Part shown: positions 1 through 8,754 of the stretch, in pieces
Position numbering within the stretch: the first letter of the stretch is position 1
How the letters are laid out: every line of letters starts with the position of its first letter
Assembly (NCBI GenBank): GCA_047612305.1
Contig: JBLGAM010000005.1
Coordinates: forward strand, 2,102-66,101
DNA length: 64,000 bases
Origin: Planctomycetota bacterium
GTDB lineage: Bacteria > Bacteroidota > Bacteroidia > Cytophagales > Cyclobacteriaceae
Direction: 5' to 3'
The notes under the pieces: generated by a model
What the model was told of the DNA's origin: nothing
The model's input: the letters and a program-made list of their open reading frames with translations, nothing else
Databases searched by the model: none
Program-made: the position numbers and the translations under genes

Positions 1-1442
1 GATATGTTTCCATTATTGCCTGTTGAGGAAGCGCCTCCTCCCCCTCCTCCAGAATGTTCGTTTCCATTACCTCCACTTCTTCGACCTCCTCCACCATTAT
101 TACTTGGATGAGAAGCTCCTCCTCCAGATCCATTGTATGAGGTTAATACCATTATATTGGTTTCGTTGGACGTGGACGATGTATTTCCAGAGTTACCATT
201 CCCAGAGTTATTTCCTCCACCACCACTATCAGAGCCACCACCACCGCCACCAGCCGCAGTTATTCTGTAAATGCCGCCTGCAGATGTATGGTAAGTGTTA
301 CTAGAATTAAATACTGAGACTTCTCCAGAGCCTCCCCTTTCGTCTCTGTCTGTGGAACCAAGTCCTCCTTCACCAATTGAAATTTGAAAAGGAGTATCTG
401 ATAGTAATCCGAATACAGCTGCCTGTTCTATGTTCACAAATGTGTTAACGATACCGCCGCTTCCTCCACCGCCTCCACTATGGTTACCACCTCCGCCGCC
501 TCCACCAATAGCTAAAACTTCAAACTCAAGAAGGCCCTTAGGTGCATTCCAAGTGCAATTATCAAAAAATTCAATAATTACAACTCCTGTAACGGAGCCA
601 TCATCAAGGTATCTCGAGCATCCGGCTGGGGGAACTACACTAGGACAAGTGTAAGTCAAAATTATTTGCCCATTACCACCTTTTCCTCCAGTTCTTGTCC
701 CAGATCCATTTCTGGTAGCTCCTCCTCCTCCTCCGCCTGGTTCTACGCCAGGATCTCCATTTCCAGAATTACTTTCTTGTCCATTACCGCCGTTTCCACC
801 ACCAGCTCTTGCTACGCCACCATCTGATCCCTTATCTCCATCTTCACCATCTCTACCATCACCATCTGGACTTGCAGATGAGCCTCCTCCTCCTCCGTCA
901 TTACCTTTTCCTTTACCGCCTTTACCGCCCTCGTATCTTATTGTACCAATTCCATCATTATCCTTTCCCCCTTTTCCTCCTTTATCTTCATTATTTTCAA
1001 CAGATTCACCTCCTTTAGCCAGAACGACTGCATTCGAAGAATTGGAAGATGTTGAAAGCCAAGAATCCTGTCCATCATCTTCTGTATCACTACCTCTTCC
1101 TACGAAAGCGGTGTAGGTAGTTCCCGGCGTTACCGTGATTGTGCTTTCAGAATAGGCGCCGCCACCGCCACCGCCACCTTCACCATTACTTGTTTGTGTG
1201 CCCCCTCTTCCTCCAGCTCCCCATACTTGGACACGTATAGAAGTGACGCCAGATGGGATAGTGAAAGATTCCGTTCCATTAGATGAATAGATAACAGTGA
1301 CGGGCTGCCCTGGAACACATTGACTATAGGCTATATTGTCAATTATGAAAAATAGTAAAGCAAATAGCAGGATTTTAACCCTTCCATTAAAAATAAAGGT
1401 GCTTTGGAAATTTACGAAAATGAATGAAAATATATTTTTCAT
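1..1442 (-). CDS. Secreted glycine-rich domain protein, adhesin-like, probable T9SS cargo; 3' end beyond window start
   Basis: Hand translation from ATG 1442 is open to the window edge: MKNIFSF...LLFALLFFIIDNIAYS-QCVPGQ (signal peptide, Gln +1), FTIPSGVTSIRVQVWGAGGRGG...GGGGGGAYS...VTPGTTYT, then a second domain CTWNAPKGLLEFEVLAIGGGGGGG. No stop in window, so absent from the ORF track. Confidence 0.85.
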   Translation of the reverse strand, partial: MKNIFSFIFVNFQSTFIFNGRVKILLFALLFFIIDNIAYSQCVPGQPVTVIYSSNGTESFTIPSGVTSIRVQVWGAGGRGGTQTSNGEGGGGGGGAYSESTITVTPGTTYTAFVGRGSDTEDDGQDSWLSTSSNSSNAVVLAKGGESVENNEDKGGKGGKDNDGIGTIRYEGGKGGKGKGNDGGGGGSSASPDGDGRDGEDGDKGSDGGVARAGGGNGGNGQESNSGNGDPGVEPGGGGGGATRNGSGTRTGGKGGNGQIILTYTCPSVVPPAGCSRYLDDGSVTGVVIIEFFDNCTWNAPKGLLEFEVLAIGGGGGGGNHSGGGGGSGGIVNTFVNIEQAAVFGLLSDTPFQISIGEGGLGSTDRDERGGSGEVSVFNSSNTYHTSAGGIYRITAAGGGGGGSDSGGGGNNSGNGNSGNTSSTSNETNIMVLTSYNGSGGGASHPSNNGGGGRRSGGNGNEHSGGGGGGASSTGNNGNI

Positions 1443-1556
1443 GAGAAAATTATTTGACCAGAAAGACGGTGGAATGCCTAAGTGGTTATTCAATAGGGTG
1501 TTGAATACAATGCGAAGCTAATGATATTTAAGTGAGGTTTATCTTTTTTCAGTAAA

Positions 1557-1597
1557 AAAACACTTTTTAAATACAATAAAACACTTTTTAAATACAA
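1557..1597. repeat. Tandem direct repeat AAAACACTTTTTAAATACAA x2, 21-bp period
   Basis: Exact 20-mers at 1557-1576 and 1578-1597, about 115 bp upstream of the 1442 ATG. Confidence 0.85.
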
Positions 1598-1868
1598 AAA
1601 TTGTTATTTAAAATCGGGTTGTTTGATGAGATCGAGTCAGTTTCAAATATAAAAAAGCCCTTGAAATGTTTAAATCAATTCTTTTGTTGTTTTTTTCAGC
1701 AAAACGATTGTCAATTCTTAATGATCGAAAACTCTGAATCGGCTCGGGTGCGCTTCAAGTATTTAATGAGAAATTTGCTTGACTTTTTGGAAATTATGTT
1801 TTTCAAAAAAAATTCCAAAACCCGTCCGAGCTACATTTTCTGTTTTTCCAGTAAGATTTTTCTCATTG

Positions 1869-1967
1869 GGCACCAGACGCTAGTACATCGGGCGGAGGAT
1901 AAATTCGTCCGTGGGGGAACTTGCCATCCAGCGAAAGTTCCGTATTAATGTATTCATTAATTTTTTT
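1869..1967 (+). ncRNA. Candidate structured non-coding RNA, family unassigned
   Basis: GC-rich island in an AT-rich spacer. Stems CGGGCGGA/UUCGUCCG (2 G-U pairs), GGAACUU/AAGUUCC, then AUUAAUG/CAUUAAU plus a U-tract. G-U pairs favour the + strand. Confidence 0.35.
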
Positions 1968-2042
1968 GAAGATTCCGAGATTAACTAATCAACGTTTAAA
2001 TAAATATAATTTAGTTTAAGTAAAAAAAAGAAACGACTCACT

Positions 2043-2083
2043 AAAATCACTCTAGACGCCAGAGGAAGGTTAGAATGATTTTT
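2043..2083 (-). terminator. Hairpin, possible terminator of the decayed T9SS-cargo gene
   Basis: Minus strand AAAAUCAUUCUA-16 nt-UAGAGUGAUUUU with one U-G pair, about 120 nt downstream of the stop at 2201. Confidence 0.3.
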
Positions 2084-2200
2084 GCCTTTCATATGATGGG
2101 CGTGAGACAGATTGAAAACAAGCATTTGTATTTAAAATCTTACCGAATCCCAAAACTGGCAATAAATCTTCTGTAAGTAGAGTTGGTGATTTTCAGGAAT

Positions 2201-2762
2201 CTATCGTTTTAATATCAACTTATGGTACTCTCGATTGATTTCCCAAGCTATTTCGACAGTATATATTCCCTAAGTCTTCCTTGAAAAAACCTGTTGTGTT
2301 TGGCTGTTCAGTCGAAAAATGTCTGCAATTTGAAGTGTATTTACTTCTACGGTGGCAGAGATAATTCGAAGAAAAATCAACTCATCACCATAGCTTACGG
2401 GATCTAAAATTTCGATCTTGATTAGGTTTCTCCGAGTAAGGTTTGGAAAGACTTTCCAATAAGTAGTACTGAATATTGGGTCTACTTGGATTGCTCTCGT
2501 TTCACTGTAGCCATAATTCCCATCAAAGGCTATTTGCTTCAAACGGTAGAAGATATTTCCTCCAGCTATGGGAAGGTCAGAATCTCTAACATCATATTCC
2601 ACCAAACCATCCGAATGGCTTAGTCTTCTTATTTCGCCTATTTCTTCCTAGAATGGGACTGTATTTATAGATCGGTCAACATGAAAATGAGAATTTCACC
2701 ATTCCTTTGAGGTAGCGCACGCTAAATCATTTGACCGGAGGAAGGATTTGTATTCTGAATTA
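2201..2762 (-). pseudogene. C-terminal fragment (pre-CTD Ig-like domain and T9SS-like CTD) of a decayed secreted protein
   Basis: SEYKSFLRSNDLACATSKEW*NSHFHVDRSIN...*...LPIAGGNIFYRLKQIAFDG...RKT*GIYTVEIAWEINREYHKLILKR* aligns by eye with the C-terminus of 4442..6445. In-frame stops at 2696-2698, 2648-2650 and 2270-2272. Confidence 0.85.
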
Positions 2763-3147
2763 ATGCTACCGCAAGCCTTACACAGCTGTTTTGAAGATAA
2801 TCTTCCGCGAACCGGGCAACTTCAGTTTTTACATGACAATGATCCGGAATTCATTGAAAAGAACCTTAAAAAGAGCCTGAAATCTTTGAATATCGACGAT
2901 TGTAATACACCAACCTATTCGCCACAATCCAATGGAATGTGCGAAGCATTGAATGGGACCTTTAAAAGAGATTATGTCTATGAAAGCTGTCTGGATTCCG
3001 CACAAATCGTACTACAACAAATCCATCAACGGGTAGAAGAATACAACACATTTGCTCCCCATTCTGCCTTAAATATGAAAACACCAAATGAATATTATAA
3101 CTTTAAAATCGCAGCGTAACTAGTCATACTTTTAAGCGGAAAGAGCA
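2760..3147 (+). mobile_element. IS3-family remnant (IS2-like): 3' part of DDE transposase OrfB plus right end
   Basis: LQFLHDND.EF, SPQSNGMCEALNGTFKRDY, YNT..PHSALN.KTP. Ends ...TTTTAAGCGGAAAGAGCA at 3147 (IS3-type TG...CA terminus). Left part missing; left boundary approximate. Confidence 0.8.
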
Positions 3148-4410
3148 TCCTCAATACCACCATTTCCTCCTGAACTACTGCTACCTCCAAATCCTATTTC
3201 GTCATCCTTACTTCCGCCACCGCCTCCGGCTCCGAAAAAACGATTCAATGTGATATCGAAATCCGAAAACTGTCTTCCGTTTGCGCCATCTCCTCCGTCA
3301 TCATCATTTGGTGCATCTTGTCTATCATTACCACTGAGACCTCCTCTTCCTCCTCCGGAGTGATTATCCTCATCTCCGCCATCTCTATCAGGGCCTCCAC
3401 CACCTCCAGAACCTCTGAAATTTATACCCGAAACTATTGAAAAGCCTGTTGTTCCGGTATTGAAGCTTGATGCTTGGCCATCATTTCCATCTTCGGCAGA
3501 ATTATCATCAGATCCACCACCGCTGCCAGCTATGATTTCATAATCACCTCCAAAATCAAATCTGGATTCATCACCATCTTGTCCTTTATCATCTTGATTA
3601 ATAGACTCCACACCACCATTTCCAATAGAATAGGAAGTGCCTGCTGGAATACCTGAACTATTTATTCCTTCAATATTTGCTCGTGCATGAATTGCTCCGC
3701 CTCCACCACCGCTACAAATGGCTAATACTTCAAATTCTAATAAGCCTTCCGGTGTATTCCAGGTACAATCTGCCGTAAATTCAATAATAGTTGTTCTTGA
3801 AATAGATCCATCATCGATTACATTTGAACAAGGGGAGGAGATAGGACAAGAATAGGAGATAATCACCTAGCCGTCTCCGCCAGCTCCTCCTGCACGATTT
3901 GTGTTATTATTTTCATCACCACCACCCCCTACTCATGGGGATGATCCATTTACAGCGTCTCCATTGTTTCCACCGTCTCCTCCATTTCCACCTTTCGTTA
4001 TTTTACCACCTGATTGACCTGAGCCATCGGTTCCATTTGAAGTTGAGTTGGCAGAAGAACCGCCACCTCCACCACGTCCCCCCAGAGGAGGTAATTCTAC
4101 TGGCACCGTTTCCACCTACATATTCGATTCTCGATGCATTTAAAGTAGCCTGAACTCCCGTGTAGTTATAGAGAGCTCCACCCAAAGCCTCATTAGTTTG
4201 ATTGTTTGATGCAGTTTCTCCTCCTAATGCTACAACTAATGAACTATTGATAGGGAGACTGCTGTCTCTAGTAATGTAGGCTGCTTCACAGTTAGGGGTA
4301 TTGTTAGAATTTCCTGTGGCTCCTTGACCAATATAAACTACTAGTGGTTCGCCGGGAGTTACATTCAAAATTAGTTTAGAGTAGGCTCCACCACCCCCTC
4401 CGCTATTGGT
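3148..4410 (-). pseudogene. Decayed glycine-rich domain gene, paralogue of 1..1442, cut by the IS at 3147
   Basis: Pieces in several frames: GGGGGAYSKLILNVTPGEP, GGGGSSANS, GAGGDG*VIISYSCP...DDGS...IIEFTADCTWNTPEGLLEFEVLAI, colinear with the 1442 protein. Frameshifts, a nonsense codon, no start or signal peptide; last codons of ORF 3132..3866 read into the IS end. Confidence 0.85.
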
Positions 4411-4441
4411 GGTGGAGGTGGTGGAGGGGATTCATCTAAAA

Positions 4442-6445
4442 CTACCTCCTTAAAATCAACTTATGATACTCACACTTTTTACCCCAAGAAATCTCTAGTG
4501 TATAGACTCCTGCTGCTTTTCGTTTGAAATAGTCTCTAGCTTTTTGACTTAATTTTTGTTTATCAGCCACTTGAATCAACGAATAGCTACCGCTAGGAGC
4601 TATAATTCGTAAAGTGAGGAATTCATCTCTATAATCAGTAGGATCTATAAGTTCAATGGTAAGTCTATTCCCAGTGGTTTGATTTGGGAATACCCTCCAG
4701 CTTTTGCTTCCTGCTACCGGATCGAGCTGGATGGATTTGGTATCTGAATAAGCGAAAGTTCCATCAAAATCGATTTGTTTTAACCGATAGAAAATATTTC
4801 CTCCTGCGAGGGGAAGATTTAAGTCTTGCAATTCATATTCAATAGGTCCATCTGAGTAGCCAGCGCCCTCTATCACTGCGATTTTTCCCCAAGTGGTTAC
4901 ATTATTTACAGAGCGTTCTACCTCAAAGCGATCATTTTCCCATTCCTTAGCAGTGGCCCATTTGAGATTTGCAGCTCTTCGAAAAGAATTGAATTCTGCT
5001 TCAAAAAAATCATAATCAACAGGTAGTATTCTACAGCCTCCATAATAAGCGGGAGAGGTGGCTACATTTATATTTGGGTCAGAACTTTCAGAAGGGAAGC
5101 TGCCAGAGCATACTTCGAAGATACTCGATCCTGTGACATCTAACCCACTTCTCGAGCCTTTAGAAAAGTCTCCTTCTACAAGCACCACCGAAGATTGTGA
5201 GTTTGTCCATTCGGTTGAGTAGTTATTGTCAAATGTTAAATTTCCTACAATCGAAAAACTAGAACTGTTTTCCAAAGCAACTGAAGCACCACCTCTCACT
5301 TCCATATTTCCTTCGATAGTAACTTGAGAATTGTTCGTTGCTGTCAAGATACTAGAATTGCCAGTGACCGTCAAATCTCCTCTAAATAGACTTTCTGAAT
5401 CATCAGAAAACTGAAGACCTGGGGTGCCCCCATTTGTATTTATTGATACATCTTCGGTTACTGCCAAAGAAGAACCATCATTAATGGCAACTACCGCCTG
5501 ATTATTTAAATCCATATCGCCACCAATTTCGATTTCCCCATCCTGATTGGAAATCAGACTTGCTTGATTATTAAGTCTGAGATTTCTATCAATATTCATT
5601 GATGATTGATCGTTCAGCGTTAGTGTCGCTTGATTTGTCAATTCTAAATTGTTACCAATAATTAAAGAAGACTGATCTTCCAAGGTTAGGTTGGCACCAT
5701 TTGAAATATTGAGATTATCTGAAGACTCTAAAAATGAATTACCTTGTAAATTCAAGCTGGGGGTATTTCCTGTTATCAGGATATCTCCACCAGAATTTAT
5801 TCCTGATGTGCCCGTAAAATTTAACGTCGAGCCATTTCTAATTATAAAATTTTGATTATTAGAAGTTTCAAAAATGGTGCTCGTTAGTGCGTTGAAATTC
5901 AAAGCACCATTACCGTCTACAATGACCCGGTTGGAAGTAAATAAAATAGTACCGTCCGCCTCGAATTGGGCAGATTGAGTGACGTTGATTCTCCGATCCA
6001 CTTTTATAGCTAAATCTCCAAAAATCGATAAATTAATGTTTCCATCGACATTAAAATCGCGACCAATTTCTAGCGTTCCAGAACCACTGATCGTTAAAGA
6101 CTTATTGTTAAACCCAGTTACGCTGAGACTTCTATTGATTGAAAGAGTTCTATTCGCTGCAATCTGAATTGTTACTTGATTGTTGTTTCCAATAGTTAGT
6201 TCATTGGGTCCTGTTACGTTGTGATTGATGATCACTATAACTGGGCAGGGTCGATTATTGGTGGCTACTGGCGGGGTATTGGGTATAGCACCTCCACAAC
6301 CTGCCGTGCCAGTAATAGTCCAAGTTGAGGCAGTATTCCAGTTTCCGTTAGCATTAGAAGTGTAGGTCTGGGATTTTACTTCTGCACCGATGAGAACAAA
6401 AAATAGTAACAGGAACGATATTTTAATTGAGAATTTTTTGGTCAA
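4442..6445 (-). CDS. Secreted beta-solenoid repeat protein with T9SS-like C-terminal domain
   Basis: Signal peptide ending VKS-Q; TSNANGNWNTASTW; 22-aa repeats (NLELTNQATLTLNDQSSMNIDR); LPV...WATAKE.EN..FEVERS...YRLKQIDFDG..YS pre-CTD; FPN...GVYTLEI...KLILRR CTD. Confidence 0.85.
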   Translation of the reverse strand: MTKKFSIKISFLLLFFVLIGAEVKSQTYTSNANGNWNTASTWTITGTAGCGGAIPNTPPVATNNRPCPVIVIINHNVTGPNELTIGNNNQVTIQIAANRTLSINRSLSVTGFNNKSLTISGSGTLEIGRDFNVDGNINLSIFGDLAIKVDRRINVTQSAQFEADGTILFTSNRVIVDGNGALNFNALTSTIFETSNNQNFIIRNGSTLNFTGTSGINSGGDILITGNTPSLNLQGNSFLESSDNLNISNGANLTLEDQSSLIIGNNLELTNQATLTLNDQSSMNIDRNLRLNNQASLISNQDGEIEIGGDMDLNNQAVVAINDGSSLAVTEDVSINTNGGTPGLQFSDDSESLFRGDLTVTGNSSILTATNNSQVTIEGNMEVRGGASVALENSSSFSIVGNLTFDNNYSTEWTNSQSSVVLVEGDFSKGSRSGLDVTGSSIFEVCSGSFPSESSDPNINVATSPAYYGGCRILPVDYDFFEAEFNSFRRAANLKWATAKEWENDRFEVERSVNNVTTWGKIAVIEGAGYSDGPIEYELQDLNLPLAGGNIFYRLKQIDFDGTFAYSDTKSIQLDPVAGSKSWRVFPNQTTGNRLTIELIDPTDYRDEFLTLRIIAPSGSYSLIQVADKQKLSQKARDYFKRKAAGVYTLEISWGKKCEYHKLILRR

Positions 6446-6725
6446 AACAGCCTAAGTTTTAGGTCATGAATTCATTAATTTCGGTGGATATACCAAAAAA
6501 TTGAAATTTGCATATTAAAATCTTGCCAAAATTCTACTATCATATTATTACTTAATTTGTTGGGTTTCATCTGTCAGAAAAAACATAAATCATGATTTTA
6601 CACTGAATTCCAAAGCTTAAATCTCCTCGGGCTCATTGCAGAATAAGGTATTTTTTTTTCCAATAACCCACTGAAATCCTACAAAATCAACTTAAGATCA
6701 TCGCTAAAACTACCTGATCTTAATC

Positions 6726-6757
6726 AAAAAACCAACCCCGACTTTTTAGCCGGGGTC
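6726..6757 (-). terminator. Intrinsic terminator after rho
   Basis: Minus strand GACCCCGGC-UAAAAA-GUCGGGGUU then GGUUUUUU, just after the rho stop. Confidence 0.7.
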
Positions 6758-6784
6758 TATATTCTCTATTTCCGGAAGGAAAAA

Positions 6785-8563
6785 TTATCCATTCATACTT
6801 ATCAAAAATTCCGCATTATCTCGGGTTCCTTTCATACGATTAAGTAAGAATTCCATAGATTCCTGAGAGTTCATGTCGCTCATCAATTTTCTTAGAATCC
6901 ATACACGCTGCATTTCTTCTTTGTCCATCAGAAGATCCTCACGACGAGTACCTGAGTTAAGCACATCGATAGCAGGATAGATTCTTCTGTTGGAAAGCTT
7001 ACGATCTAATGCAAGTTCCATGTTACCGGTTCCTTTGAATTCTTCAAAAATCACTTCATCCATTTTAGAACCTGTTTCGACAAGTGCAGTAGCGATGATA
7101 GTCAAAGAACCTCCATTCTCCACGTTACGTGCTGCGCCGAAGAAACGCTTTGGCTTGTGAAGCGCATTAGCATCCACACCACCGGAAAGAATCTTTCCAG
7201 AGCTTGGTACCACAGTATTGTGTGCTCTTGCAAGTCTGGTGATAGAATCCAAAAGGATCACCACATCATGACCTACTTCTACCATTCGCTTTGCTTTTTC
7301 TAAAACGATGTTAGAAACTTTCACATGTCTATCGGCAGTCTCGTCAAATGTGGAGGAGATCACCTCTGCATTTACCGAGCGAGCCATATCTGTCACTTCC
7401 TCAGGTCGCTCATCGATCAATAAAATCATCAAGTGAACTTCAGGGTGATTTTTGGTGATTGCATTTGCAATCTGCTGTAGCAATACCGTCTTACCGGTTT
7501 TTGGTTGAGCTACGATCATTCCTCGTTGACCTTTTCCGATAGGAGCAAATAGGTCAACAATTCTAGTAGAGAATTTATCTCCTGTGGTAGAGAGGTTTAA
7601 TCTTTCTTCCGGGAAGAGTGGAGTCAGGTACTCAAATGGTACCCGATCTCTGATTTCGTCGGTAGTTTTACCATTTACTGTGGAGATTTTCAAAAGGGCA
7701 AAGTACTTCTCACCTTCCTTTGGTGGGCGAATAGAACCTTTGATATGATCACCAGTCTTCAGACCAAATAGTTTTACTTGGCTAGGCGATACATATATAT
7801 CGTCAGGAGAGGCAAGGTAATTATAATCCAAAGATCGAAGGAAGCCGTATCCCTCTTGCATCATTTCCAAGACCCCTTCATTATCTATGACTCCATCAAA
7901 TTCTCTTGGATGTACATAGGTTTTTTTCCGGTTTGCATGAGGTGTTACCTCCGCAGCTGGTGCCATTATCTCATCCTGGGATGTCAAGTTTCTTCGTTTT
8001 GGAAGCTCTACTTCCTTTTCAGGCTGGATATTTGGTGATTCGGATGATGACTCTGGGGCCGGAGCAGAATTTGATTCTTCCTCAAAAACCTTTTTTCGAG
8101 GCCTAAAAAGTTTTGGTTCTTCTGTTGAAACTTCCTGACTGGCTTTTCTTACAGGTCTTTCTTGAGCTGGTTCTCGTTTCCACTCTTTAGCTTCTTTGGG
8201 AGCAGGTTCTGATATCGCCTCTGATTTCTCGATAGGAGCGGCCGCAGGAATTTCTGTTACGTTCTGTCGTTTAAACTTAGGCTTGTATTCAGGTTCTTCA
8301 ATTGGTGCTGCAGTTGCTACTGCTGCCGCTTGTTTTTTTACTTCGGCAGGTTTGGGTTTTTCAGCTTCAGCTTCTGGACTGGATTCTACGATTGAGGGCT
8401 TCTTTTTTGGCAAGGCCTGTTCTGGTGTAATTGCCTGCTGATCTAGGATAGCGTATACGAGGTCGTCTTTTTTGAGGGTTTTATGGCCTTTGACACCTAA
8501 TTCCTCAGCGATTTCCTTCAGCTCAGACAGTAATCTGATTCTGAGTTCTTCTATGTTGTACAT
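6785..8563 (-). CDS. rho: Transcription termination factor Rho with long N-terminal insertion
   Basis: GYGFLRS...[12 protein letters not shown]-binding motifs, [15 protein letters not shown] Walker [32 protein letters not shown]. Confidence 0.98.
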   Translation of the reverse strand: MYNIEELRIRLLSELKEIAEELGVKGHKTLKKDDLVYAILDQQAITPEQALPKKKPSIVESSPEAEAEKPKPAEVKKQAAAVATAAPIEEPEYKPKFKRQNVTEIPAAAPIEKSEAISEPAPKEAKEWKREPAQERPVRKASQEVSTEEPKLFRPRKKVFEEESNSAPAPESSSESPNIQPEKEVELPKRRNLTSQDEIMAPAAEVTPHANRKKTYVHPREFDGVIDNEGVLEMMQEGYGFLRSLDYNYLASPDDIYVSPSQVKLFGLKTGDHIKGSIRPPKEGEKYFALLKISTVNGKTTDEIRDRVPFEYLTPLFPEERLNLSTTGDKFSTRIVDLFAPIGKGQRGMIVAQPKTGKTVLLQQIANAITKNHPEVHLMILLIDERPEEVTDMARSVNAEVISSTFDETADRHVKVSNIVLEKAKRMVEVGHDVVILLDSITRLARAHNTVVPSSGKILSGGVDANALHKPKRFFGAARNVENGGSLTIIATALVETGSKMDEVIFEEFKGTGNMELALDRKLSNRRIYPAIDVLNSGTRREDLLMDKEEMQRVWILRKLMSDMNSQESMEFLLNRMKGTRDNAEFLISMNG

Positions 8564-8721
8564 AAAGAGATGATGAAATAAATAGTATTATAAAATGCGG
8601 TAATTGGGATTGTGAATGTTTTTCTGAGCAAAAAAGATCTGCAGGAAATATTCAAACCAAAGCGGGTTGGTCTGCTCACGCACGGTGATATCACAATATT
8701 AACCTATGGATTTGGATTTAG

Positions 8722-8729
8722 CAAATTTA
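8722..8729 (-). promoter_or_regulatory. Candidate -7 promoter box for rho
   Basis: TAAATTTG on minus strand, matching Bacteroidota TAnnTTTG, about 160 nt upstream of the ATG. Confidence 0.5.
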
Positions 8730-8754
8730 TATTTTGTAGCTAAGGCTGATCCGC

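Noticed and set aside
23-1018. Plus-strand His/Pro-rich ORFs 23..304, 430..654 and 809..1018
   Set aside because: Antisense shadows of GGN glycine codons in the real minus-strand gene.
1336-1948. Plus-strand ORFs 1336..1521 and 1601..1948
   Set aside because: TTG starts, no motifs, AT-rich regulatory DNA; the first overlaps the real gene start in antisense.
1869-1967. Assignment to a known RNA class (cobalamin, TPP, SAM, c-di-GMP riboswitch, SRP, tmRNA, group II intron domain V)
   Set aside because: No signature motifs recognised by eye; left unassigned.
3132-4368. ORFs 3132..3866, 3933..4115 and 4003..4368 as separate genes
   Set aside because: Colinear frameshifted pieces of one pseudogene.
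1-4440. Gly-rich paralogy as a diversity-generating retroelement or shufflon
   Set aside because: No reverse transcriptase or site-specific recombinase in the window, and no near-identical repeat pair with A-specific mismatches.
6692-6723. Inverted repeat TTAAGATCA-N14-TGATCTTAA
   Set aside because: Single AT-rich repeat next to the rho terminator; no further support for an operator or element end.
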